The position numbers and the translations under genes are program-made. A model generated the notes under the pieces. It saw only the letters and a program-made list of their open reading frames with translations. It ran no database searches and was not told the DNA's origin. DNA of 64,000 nucleotides from Amoebophrya sp. A120 (taxonomy: Eukaryota > Protista > Dinoflagellata). Location: positions 85,891-149,890 of the forward strand of contig CAJINV010000033.1 of NCBI GenBank assembly GCA_905178155.1, in the 5' to 3' direction. Positions 54,501 to 63,771 of the stretch are shown here, in pieces. The stretch's first letter is position 1; every line of letters starts with the position of its first letter.

Positions 54501-57500
54501 CTGCTGGGTTTGGAATATTAGTGTATCATGCTCTCTAGTAAAAATGCACAGCCAAGCATGTTGAGAAATATCATCTGCGCTGCTTTTTAGTGTTGCGTTT
54601 TCCGCGTGACGGACTGCGTTTTTGCGTGGCAGTACATACATAGATACAAAAGGGTCTGCTCGTCTTCTTGGACACGCATTGTCACAAAGAACAACTCTTC
54701 AGTCATGGCAAAAGACAAGCCTGAAGACCACAAACCTTCGTATCCTTCCAGACCCGGTGGACATGATTGCGATGCATAGAAGTGCACCGAAATATCATCC
54801 ACCGCGTGGACATTTCCACCTTTCAAAACCGAGTCATTTTTGCGCACCGCTATTTCTTGTCCGAGGTGCTGAACTGCGGACCCACAATATCCTGAAGAAA
54901 AACGTCCCCACACCAGCGTCAAGATGGAAAATCTGCTAGACAAATCAGCCAGCTTTGGTTGTTTCGCATGACAGGTCTATCCTCGTAGTGTAGTCGTGTT
55001 TAGGTAGTTTACCAGCGTCACAGATCTAGCATATCGTGCTGGTTATAGCATCATAAATTCCAAAACACGACTAGGGAATGCGAGTGCCTCTCATGGCGCT
55101 CCGCATGAGAAACTTTTTTGGCGTGCAGATTTGCATCACAACTCCGGGGTGGCGGTGGGGACGTTTTATCTCAGAATACACAAATCTAGAGGCCTTCGAC
55201 GAGCCGGACACTAAACTGAAGCTCCCCAATATCGCAAGAAATGCGTGTTACAGTTACACATTGTGTTGCAGGCAGAGCGAGACAGACAAGCTCTGTCATG
55301 CCGGGTATGCATAGGAGCGTTGTTTCATACGCGTTTTCATTCCCGTAGGAGTCACAACAAATGTGTAACTGTAACACTTTTTTCGTGTGATACCCAATAA
55401 GTCGCCACAGTTGGTGGTGGAAAACTTTACGAATGATTTAGGCATTGCAGGAGCAACAGTATCTTCTGATATTAGTAGCAATTGCTAGAAGTGCTCGTGG
55501 TCCTCACAAAAATACGAGAAATAGAACTTGCATGCAATCATGTTGTTGACGTTTGGAAAATGGTCATGTAGGAATATAATTGCAGTTGCTACTATGAATT
55601 AAGTAGGTGCATGAAAAATACTTTTGCAGAGGATATGGTCAGTTGCAAGACTATTTCGGCTATGGATTGTAAAAATGTCTGGGTCTGGAAGATTGTCAGA
55701 TTTGTCATGCAGCTTTTCCATGACCCACGAGGTCTGGAATGCAGGGCCTAGCATGACAGATTCTATGCGATCTCTCTCATGCCTACCCTGCATGAGAAAC
55801 TCCCTCCCGACTTGGTCAAAACTGGGCCACTTTTGGTAATCATGCAACACTGATTTTTGCATGCTTCAGATTTAGCATGACAAGTTGCATTCTTCCAGAC
55901 CCACACACTTTCACATTTGATATCGGCGAGGCCTGGGAGCTGATCATGGTGATGAACCAATTGTCTGAAGCGGACGAGTATGCACTGCAAAAATGTCGGG
56001 GTCTGGAAGGATGGAACTTGTAATGCTTATTCTGGATCGTGCAAAAATCTGTGTTGCATGAATGCCAAAAGTTGTCCACTTTTGACCAAGTTGAGAGGAA
56101 GTCTCTCATGCAGGATAGGCATGATAGGGATCTCACAGGATCTGTCATGCTAGGTCCTGCATTCCAGACGATGCAGCTCATGGAAAATATGCATGACAAG
56201 TCTCACAATCTTCCAGACCCAGACATTTTCGCATTTGATAACGAGGACTTCAAAAAGGCCGCAAGACCAAACTTCGCGCTGGCCGAGAAGCAGTTTGGCC
56301 CACTGGACTTCGCCAACGACAGCGAGCGGCAAACCGCGGAAAACGCCCGGACGTACGTATCGCGAGGGAAAATCCTCCCTTCCCATATCAAGATGGAAAT
56401 CTGTGATGCAGATTTTTGGTCACAATGCTATAAGGGCAATAAAGTTGCGGACTGTAGTGCTGGGTGGTGTGGGAAAGCCTTGCATATTCAGCATGACAGG
56501 TGGCAGCTGGAATTGGGACACAGCATGACAAATTAACTGCAAGCGAAGCCACAGCTGCGGCTGTTGGCCTTCTAGCAATACAAGTCGATTTGTGTTGTAC
56601 TCAAATACAGCACGATAAATTCGTTTTCGATGTTGGGAGCAGGGCGGATTTTTCTTCTTGATAGTGCGCGAAGAAGTTTGTGTTGGCGCACGAGTTTTTC
56701 TCGCGGTGGATTAAATCGATTGAAATCATGGTGGACGGAAACATTTTTGACGTGTGGTTCTATGCATTTTTGCAAAAGTGCAATATAGTATCCGATACTC
56801 GGTGTATAAAATAAAGTTGCGGTCGTGCATGTAGTGATAAGTCGAACTTCATCGTCCCACCTGAAGATCTAGAAGCATTGCATTTTTTTCTTGAAATTTT
56901 TTTGCACGCTATTCCTTTTTATTATAGTTCTCCGATACTTTAACTTTTGCAATGCATATACTCCGCATGCCAGTGATTTGCGATTTTGTGTTGGGCAGTG
57001 CGAAAAGGGACATTGTGAACAAAATCAACTTCTCGTCGCCAGAAGAAAAAGCGGCCGAGTTCGTGGAAATGAGCGAAGCGATCTTCGCACAGGTACTTAT
57101 TCCACAAATACTCCATACTTTCTAGAAGCACTACTACTTAAACGACGAGGCAACACTATTTCATTTATCTTGCCACCAGCACGAAAATCTGACCAATGGT
57201 GTTTATTCATGCGCTAGTACAACGAACTCCTACTTCAACTACGTAGAAGCAAAAATGCTCGCACGTGATGAATTATTTTTTTAAAATAGCGCTGCAAAAG
57301 AAGAAGAACAACGTAAGTACTATCTCTCATCTACCTCTACACAGACGGAGCACACTCGTGCGCTTTCGAAGTGGGAGTGGCCGATGGCGTTGTTGGTTCC
57401 AGGGCCGGCGAAGCGGCCGTTCAACTTTTTTCTGAAGAACGATTCGCAGAACTTGATGCGAATATCGGAGTACACGCTCTACATCGCAGTAGTGTTAAAT

Positions 57501-60500
57501 TTGATCCTGGGAAACAACATGTACCTTGCTGACGTGAACGATGTGCAGGGAGATTTGCACCACCCCATCTACCCCATCCTCCACGCCGACGCCTATTGGT
57601 CCGTGATGGCAATCGCTTGGTTCTACCAGGTGCTCTATCACATGCAAATATGTTGTCTGGCTCTGGGAGGTGGTCCTCTGGGCAAAGCGGCTTACTTTTG
57701 ATGTAGCGCATGAACGCACTCTTACAAGTTTTAGTTTATTTTTCGGTCACCTCGTCATGGAGAATTCATTCGCATGCAGCAAGCAAAGAAGTTGTTTGTT
57801 ACCTCGTGGTCCCAGCACGACAAAAAAACTGGTCATTCCTATTCATGCAACAGGATTACTAAAGAAGATTTTGGGGTTAAAATTTAGTACATTGATTCCG
57901 CAAGATCACACATGACATCTATCAGCATCCAGACCCACCAGACATGTTTGCAATGTATATTCGAATGCTGATTACCAGCTTTATTTCCATCTGCCTCTAC
58001 TCCCCTCTGGACCTGCGCAAATTTGAGGAAGAAACGAAAGTCGGCAAAAACGCGAGCTTTTTTGAGTACGTGAAGTCGACCAGGCCACTCGATTATCCAC
58101 TGCAATAGAACAAATATGGTCTTCATCAAGTTGTCTGGAAAATGACAACTGAGCTTGTCTTTGTCATGGTAAATGTGAACCGTGCATCGAAGTAAATCTG
58201 TGTTGCGTCAGCGGCAAATGCTACCCAATTTTCCTCGCCAAGCAAAGGGCGAACTTTCATCAATATGGAAAAATGGGTGTTTTCAAGCTCCGTTACGCAA
58301 TCTTTTGTGACGCAGTTGTAGCTGCTTCCTCTGGTGTTTTTTTACAACCTTTCTATCTTCGTCAACTTCACGAGAAGATTCGATTGATAAATGACTAATT
58401 CCAGAACAGCACCATCCAAGTTTCAATGCATATCGAAACCCTGTTGGCGGTGCTCACTCTGATCGCCGCGGTATACTGCTTTTCCATTCTCTACAAGATG
58501 CACTGGCTATCCTACAGAAAAAAGCGGTCAGGGCATATTTGCGACGAAAAAATAAGTTAAGACAGAGAAATCAAATCACTCTGTTTAAATTCATCTGTGC
58601 TGGGCGCTCCGCGTGCTGTTTAAATTACAGCATACAAAGGACATGTTGCAAGAGGGATTGGTTCTTTTGCGTCTTTATTTTTGCATTACATACAAGTACC
58701 TGCTTTTTTTTCCGTGTGACACTGGCTGGCCTCCGTGATTGCGGTTTTCTTTCTGTGCGGGTTCTGGGACGACATTTGGCAGAAGCCGGAGGGGCACCGC
58801 CGAAACCACCGGTGTCCAAACAACTACTGGGCGCATCTGATTCGGACGGTCGCCTATGCACCGCACATATGTCTGGGTCTGGAAAGGACAAGAAGTGAAC
58901 TTCTCATGCGCATTCCACAACACACACAAATCTCTCATGCATAGGCAGCAAAAGTTAAAGTTGCCCACTTTCTGTCAGGAAATTGGGGGATTGTCATGCG
59001 GATTAGGAATTGTAGAATCTTCTCGATACCTGTGAAGATGCTAGGGCCTCCATGCCCGACCTTCTGTGTCATCCAAAAACAGCATGACAAAAATCTGCAC
59101 CCTTCCAGACCGAGACATATTTGCATTTGATATCGCCATCGCCGGGGAAATATGCATTGCAAAAGTATCGTACTAGTATAGATTGCATCACAAATTTTTT
59201 CAAGAAGAGAAATGGAATTTGTAATGCTGATTTAGCTAAAAAGGGATATTTGTCATGCATGATCGCAATTACTACGAGTACGATACTTTTGCACAGGATA
59301 GGAAAGAAGACCAATCTGGCGCCGCGTCGGACTGTCCATCATTTGTTGGCTGGGCATCTTTATGAATTGCAACAAAAGTACCGTAGTTTAAGTATCTTAA
59401 TTGCAGCGCTGCCTGGAATTGGAAACTCAAATTTTTCATCAGGCAGCTTACAACTACGTAGTAATCTATTCTATTGAAATCAAAGTACTTACTCTTAGTG
59501 CGGTACTTGTGTAAAAATGCATAATCTTTGATGCGTGGTATTTCTTTTCCTTTCTGCTCCTGGACACGATGTTTCAGTACCCCATGCTGGAAAACGGTAT
59601 CGAAGCGGAAAAAAAGCTCACCGCACACGACCCCGAGGACCTCGACTGGTGGCCTTGCATGACAAGAAAACAGGTTACTACTTCTTGCCACGTTCAGCAT
59701 TACAAGTTCCAATGCATACAAACCTGGCTTCTATCGAAGTGGATGAACAAGTTTGTGATGCGCGACTCTGCTTATTGATGTCGTTCTCGTTTGTAGATCC
59801 ACAACATTCCACCAGGTTTGTACAACTACTCCAACGCCAACGTCGTGCGCGGAAAAGAAATTCGAATTGCATAACCTTGTTGAAAGCGGTGATGATACCG
59901 ATAAAATCGCTGGGGCTGACCTTTCTACTTGGAATGATCATCATGTACACTTACGCGTTTGTGGGATTTTACTACTTCCGCCCGGATTTCTATCGCACGA
60001 AATACTTGCGGTCCCAGTCTCAACTTGTTGTAACAAGAACAACTTCGATAATTGTCGATTTTTTTTGTCCTCGAAGACGCATTAAATTTGTCTCCATTGA
60101 ACTTCCCTTCACTGCTAAAATGGGCGGTGTTGCGTCGTTCAAGATGCCTGGCTCTCAATGCAATCCAGTGCAGACAATTTACCTTCAGGAAACTTAGACA
60201 GTTCGTTAGCAGTTCCTGGCTCGCCTTGGCAGCTATTACAGTGCCGAAGAAGCTTGCTCCACATTGTCTTCCTGATGCGCCATGTCGAGCATGGCAGAAT
60301 CTGTTATGCTGGACATGGCGGAAGAAAGCCAAGCATAGGTGGCTTTCGTGCGTTTTTTCTTTTGCTTTTGATGCATCAGAGTTTTTACTTTATATGAATG
60401 TGAATCGGTATGTAGCTGAAATTCCAATCTTCAAAAGGCCATCTACTGAGACTGAGACATTTTTTTTTTCTTGCGATATCCCTGAGGGCGCCTGCACAAA

Positions 60501-61897
60501 TATCGCGGATTGCACGGTGACGACGATTTATCAGGTAATATAGCATCTTCATCTTGTCTAGAAATGTTTTTCTAGTTGCTCTCCAAAAACCGGTTACAAA
60601 TATGAAAATTCGGAAACAAACTGCAGAAAGATGATGCTACATATGGGTGGATCGAATGTTGTCTTCACCGCACCATCAAGAGGAAGAGGTACAACAAGGA
60701 GGCAGCGTGATCATGATCGATTCTGTGTTGTAGTAATAAATCGAACGCCTTCAACTTCAACATAACATCTTCGACCAGGGCATGCGTTCCGACATCGGCT
60801 CCGCCCTGCACGGGGTTTCGCCTTCGGTTCCGAATTGGTACGAACGAGTGGGCTACGACCTGTCCTACTTCATCATCATCACCACCGTGCTGATGAACGT
60901 GATTTTCGGTATCATTTTGGACACCTTCGGGTCCCTCCGGGACGAAACCCAACAGCGGGAGGAGTACATGAAAAATGTCTCCTTCATCTCCTGCCTGGAC
61001 CGGTCGGAAATCGAGAAGGCAGCGAGCGTGTTGGAGAATCCAGAGATCCGATATCCAGAAAAAAACACCCATCCGCATCCATTTTTTGCATGCCAAACAC
61101 TGGACCTTATGCATGTTCTGCATGACAAACTGGAACTGGATGGGGATGGGTGTTTTTTCCTGGATATCCGATCCGGGTTCAAGTACGTGGAGGAGCAAAA
61201 GCAAAACAAGTGGAACTATGCACGGCAATAAACATGTGGGCTGGGCCAGCATCTGGAAACAAGTTCGATACTTGTACAGCTATCTTCACCCTCTTTTGTT
61301 ACACAAGAACACACTTTATTCACATTCGCATGCGGACTGCGTGTAATGCGAGAGCGTTCTGGTGGAATAAACATAACGTTGTCATGTTTATTATTTGGCT
61401 GCATTTGATGGAAGTGTTTGCATCGATCATCCGCATCATGATTTTGGCATCGCAACTTCCTACACCCTGACCCAGATCTTCGATATTTGCATTTGATAGG
61501 AACTACCTGAACTACATGTTCTATCTTTTCCGGAAAGAAAAGGAGAACTACTCCGGTCCCGAGTATCCTTTGTAAATAAGTATCGCACTAGTATCGACTA
61601 AATTTCTGTTGCAGATAGATATGCGTGCCAAAGTTTTTTCTTAAGGTAAAGGTATTAAACCAAGAGCATGACAAGAAAGAACTCAAAGGTTTTTCATGCA
61701 GACCAAGAATCTTGTATGTGAATGCGATTTAGACGACACGACTACTAGCGCGATAGTAGTTTTGCAAGGTCGATATCGAGTCCTACGTGGCAAACCTGAT
61801 GAAGGAGGGCGACAGCTCCTGGCTTCCCATAGGAAAATGCCGGCTTGTCGACGCCGCAACGGCAAAAATCGAGGAGGCGCACCAGCATAAGAAGTGA
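36596..61897 (+). CDS. ITPR: Inositol 1,4,5-trisphosphate receptor family Ca2+ release channel, split by about 30 introners plus GT-AG introns
   Basis: Suppressor domain (LYMGDVILL, RDCLFKV, YTAQREL), MIR motifs (VTYGDTIQLFHIKSGKYL, FRHLGSGRYL), EMCLDRQVNAI, SEGHNLTMQNY, LIEVLQGPCARNQ, channel YDLSYFIIITTVLMNVIFGIILDTFGSLRDE, YSGPESYV; stop at 61895-61897. Confidence 0.92.
38643..38853. mobile_element. Introner, family G, direct repeat TCGGC
   Basis: TATCGCAAGAAAAAAA / TTTTTTTCCTGGATA; TCGGC on both sides. Confidence 0.85.
39276..39628. mobile_element. Degenerate introner, family A
   Basis: TATCAATCGCAA...TTGCAGTGCATA; direct repeat not preserved. Confidence 0.6.
39731..39992. mobile_element. 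Introner, family A, 262 bp, repeats GACCG/GACCA
   Basis: Close copy of 12321-12582. Confidence 0.92.
40823..41065. mobile_element. Introner, family E, direct repeat GAGTA
   Basis: TATGAGAATGCACAACT / AGTTGTGCACTCTCATA. Confidence 0.9.
41127..41269. mobile_element. Introner, family D, repeats GCCGC/GTCGC
   Basis: TATGCATTGCAAAA / TTTTGCAAAGGATA; removal keeps frame (LLLSCRLGSV). Confidence 0.82.
42286..42505. mobile_element. Introner, family F (TIR TATGGCGTT.TCAA), direct repeat AAGCT
   Basis: Related, in opposite orientation, to 52260-52496. Confidence 0.9.
42558..42819. mobile_element. Introner, family A ends with a different interior, 262 bp, direct repeat GGGCC
   Basis: About 35-bp TIR; GGGCC on both sides. 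Confidence 0.92.
43591..43764. mobile_element. Degenerate introner, family D, repeats CGCTC/CTCTC
   Basis: TATGG..GTATCGTA / TACGATAC..CCATA. Confidence 0.7.
43803..44107. mobile_element. Degenerate introner, family A, repeats ATTGC/GATGC
   Basis: TACCCATTGCAAAT / ATTTGCAATGCATA. Confidence 0.65.
44175..44577. mobile_element. Introner, family I (TIR TATC.A.A.TGAAAA.TCCCCCC), direct repeat CGGTC
   Basis: CGGTC at 44170-44174 and 44578-44582. Confidence 0.87.
45124..45765. mobile_element. Introner, family A, with nested 400-bp insertion; direct repeat GCGCA
   Basis: GCGCA at 45119-45123 and 45766-45770; TIRs intact. Confidence 0.9.
46115..46269. mobile_element. Introner, family D, direct repeat AGCCG
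   Basis: TATGAATTGCAAAAGTATCGTACTCGTA / TACGAGTACGAGACTTTTGCACAGGATA. Confidence 0.92.
46651..46908. mobile_element. Introner, family A, direct repeat CAACG
   Basis: TIR plus CAACG on both sides. Confidence 0.9.
50381..51539. mobile_element. Introner, family B, with about 840-bp internal insertion; direct repeat TGTGC
   Basis: TATCCTGAGTAAAAACGTCCCCACACCAGAG / CTCTGGTGTGGGGATGTTTTTACTCAGGATT; left part similar to 2289-2567. Confidence 0.88.
52260..52496. mobile_element. Introner, family F, repeats TTCCT/CTCCT
   Basis: TATGGCGTTCTCAAACGTTACATTCTC / GAGAATGTAACATTTGAGAACGCCATA. Confidence 0.9.
52555..52766. mobile_element. Introner, family G, direct repeat TCACC
   Basis: TATC..GGAAAAAAGTGT.TACAGTTACAC TIR. 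Confidence 0.9.
53338..53647. mobile_element. Introner, family I, direct repeat TCGGC
   Basis: TATTACA.TGAAAA.TGCCCCC TIR; removal gives QHDNSASVNFV. Confidence 0.9.
53745..54039. mobile_element. Introner, family A, repeats GCTAA/GCTAG
   Basis: Interior homologous to 12321 and 39731. Confidence 0.87.
54195..54364. mobile_element. Introner, family D, direct repeat CGACG
   Basis: CGACG at 54190-54194 and 54365-54369. Confidence 0.85.
54461..54778. mobile_element. Introner, family A, direct repeat GAAGT
   Basis: CATGTCTGGGTCTGGAA / TTCCAGACCCGG..GACATG. Confidence 0.85.
54888..55178. mobile_element. Introner, family B (reverse orientation), direct repeat CACAA
   Basis: AAAACGTCCCCAC / GTGGGGACGTTTT. 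Confidence 0.88.
55230..55392. mobile_element. Introner, family G, direct repeat CCCAA
   Basis: GTGTTACAGTTACACATT / AATGTGTAACTGTAACAC. Confidence 0.9.
55661..55922. mobile_element. Introner, family A, 262 bp, inverted relative to 39731; direct repeat TCGGC
   Basis: Its reverse complement matches 39731-39992. Confidence 0.93.
55979..56240. mobile_element. Introner, family A, 262 bp, direct repeat ACGAG
   Basis: ACGAG at 55974-55978 and 56241-56245. Confidence 0.93.
56358..56663. mobile_element. Introner, family I-like, repeats GTACG/GTGCG
   Basis: TATC..GAG.GAAAATCC.CCCT / AGGG.GGATTTTTCTTCTTGATA. Confidence 0.72.
58508..58721. mobile_element. Introner, family C, direct repeat CTGGC
   Basis: TATCCTACAGAAAAAAGC left end similar to 21431. 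Confidence 0.78.
58855..59132. mobile_element. Introner, family A, direct repeat TCGCC
   Basis: ATATGTCTGGGTCTGGAA / TTCCAGACCGAGACATAT. Confidence 0.88.
59151..59300. mobile_element. Introner, family D, direct repeat GGAAA
   Basis: TGCAAAAGTATCGTACT / AGTACGATACTTTTGCA. Confidence 0.92.
59361..59523. mobile_element. Introner, family D, direct repeat ATCTT
   Basis: ATCTT at 59356-59360 and 59524-59528. Confidence 0.8.
61052..61166. mobile_element. Introner, family J (TIR TATCCAG.AAAAAACACCCATCC), 115 bp, direct repeat TCCGA
   Basis: Near-perfect 23-bp TIR; in frame and stop-free. Confidence 0.9.
61217..61498. mobile_element. Introner, family A (diverged), direct repeat GGAAC
   Basis: Removal gives QNKWNYLNYMFYL. 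Confidence 0.87.
61564..61775. mobile_element. Introner, family D, repeats CCGAG/TCGAG
   Basis: Removal gives YSGPESYVANL. Confidence 0.85.
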
Positions 61898-63608
61898 AGT
61901 AGTAGCCTCGTGCTCGTACGAGGAATAAAAATAGAAGGGGCAGGCCGGGAAACTTCAAAAATGATCTTCGTCCTCCGTTGAAAATTGCTTTCCTCGAGCT
62001 CGACTTACACTTTGCCATGCAGGAAGATAGCTGCGAAATACTAGAACGAAGTACTACACAGGAACTTAAGTATCAAAACTGTTATTTCCAGGAATGATCT
62101 TACTAAGCAAAATAACGTAAAAGAATCTGCGTCTAGAAGTTTCTAAAAAGATTGCCCTTGACGAAAGGCTGTGAAATAAATCTGCTGAATACTTTTGCAT
62201 GCTTTCTCCAGTACAGACAACTTGATAGTAATAGAAACACAAGAGTCAGCATCTCGCTTGTGGGTCCGAATAGAGGTAAGTAGAAGTACACCTGTCGAGC
62301 TTTCGCTGCAATAGCGTTGAGTGACGAGGCTGTAATAATTTGTTTTCGCGGTGAATGATGTATACGAATCTTTTGGATGAACATGGGCCGGATAGAAGTA
62401 GGCTGTTCAATATTCAGTTTCTTTTGTAATCACACACCTGCAGTTGATGCCGTAAATCCTATTAACAAAAAGAAGCTGAGCAATTTCTTTTTCTGAATTC
62501 CAAAGGTGGTGACTGAAGAACTTGTAACCTTTTGGTACTATGAAAGCCGGCATGCCACATGGATAAGTATGTGCCCCCGTGTGTTTGGCAAGCTGCTCAA
62601 CACCTTCTAAAGGGCACGTCGGGAAATGCAAGCTACAATTGCATTTGTAAAGAGGATGAAAATTAGAATTACAACATGATTTTTTCAAAGGCAGCCCACA
62701 GCTACTTACAACCTTCTCACCCGTCGTCTTTGAAGACAAAGTTTGGTGTGTAATCTTGAAAAAATGAAAAATCGTATCGTCGCTGAAAATCATATCGATA
62801 GCGCAGGAAAAATCTTTGCGGCGCACGTAGATGACCACCTGGAGAAAATACTAATACGTTTCGGTTCTAGATTTGAAAGAATAAGCTACCCCCATGTCGG
62901 GGACGCTTTTTCTTTGGAGCCTAGAAATAAGTAAGTCGCTTGGTCGGTTTTCGTCCCCTATGTTGTAGTTGTGCTTGCAACCGGAACCGCGTTATTTTCT
63001 ATCCTATTCGATTACTACACACAACTTCTGTCGAAAACAAAGGTCGGTGTTGTCGTACTTCATCGATGCCTTCTCATGTTTCGGTGTGGTGCTCGTGCTG
63101 TTGAGAACTGAAAATAATATCGGTCAGAGAACCTCCAAATCGTGTTCTGCAAACCATCCCCGCAGCGAAATTTGGAAATCGGTTTTATTTCCGGAGAGCT
63201 TCGGTCGTCGGTCCACCTCTACGTGGACTTGGACTTGTACAACTTTCGAGTATAGTATTGTTCCTCCACCAGGGTGGCTACTAACTCTGCGGCGTGCGTG
63301 TCAGTGTTTCTTGCTGTCGCCTTGTCCAGAAGCAGACTCTTGCTTTTTGTATAGTTCGCATGGCATTATACCAGGACCCCAAGAACGCCAATGACCATCG
63401 TTCTGACGTATTTGTTCTTCTATTAAGCTTTGGGTCTTTCAATTCGAGAAGTACTATCAAGTACAAATGCAGTTTTCGTAGCACTAGCACTTTTTAAAGG
63501 GTTGTTCCTTGTGCTGTTCTTTCCACACATAATTTGAAATCAAACCCTTGTCAAGTCTCTGTACTTCCACCAAGTAAAAATCGATCCTAGTAGACCACCT
63601 CCACCATC

Positions 63609-63771
63609 ATGGGTTGCGGAGCGAGTAAGAAGCCCGTGGCTCCGGAGCCCTCGGAGATCTCGACCGCACCGACGCTTGAGGACCTCCCACCGCCGCCGCC
63701 ACCCCCGCCGCCGCCCCCTCCCAAGGAGAAGGATGTGCACGAAGACGAGAAATTTGTCAAGGGGGCCACGA
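63609..63771 (+). CDS. First exon of a protein with N-terminal myristoylation/palmitoylation motif (MGCGAS) and poly-Pro; continues past the window
   Basis: MGCGASKKPVAPEP...PPPPPPPPPPPK, then interrupted by an introner. Confidence 0.65.

Noticed and set aside
12300-56600. Recurring short ORFs such as KMSGSGRLQLVML, LPDPDIF and CKNVWVWK as a repeated protein domain
   Set aside because: They are translations of the family A TIR in various frames and strands.
56660-60480. Additional highly decayed introners in the IP3R TM region (also 26814-26969, 53005-53227, about 55430-55635, 59991-60478)
   Set aside because: Probably real, but the TIRs and repeats are too degenerate to give reliable boundaries without cDNA.
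36596-61897. IP3R and other genes as transposon-killed pseudogenes
   Set aside because: Exons keep open frames and conserved motifs, precise removal restores the frame at the junctions checked, and SDA1, essential in yeast, shows the same pattern.
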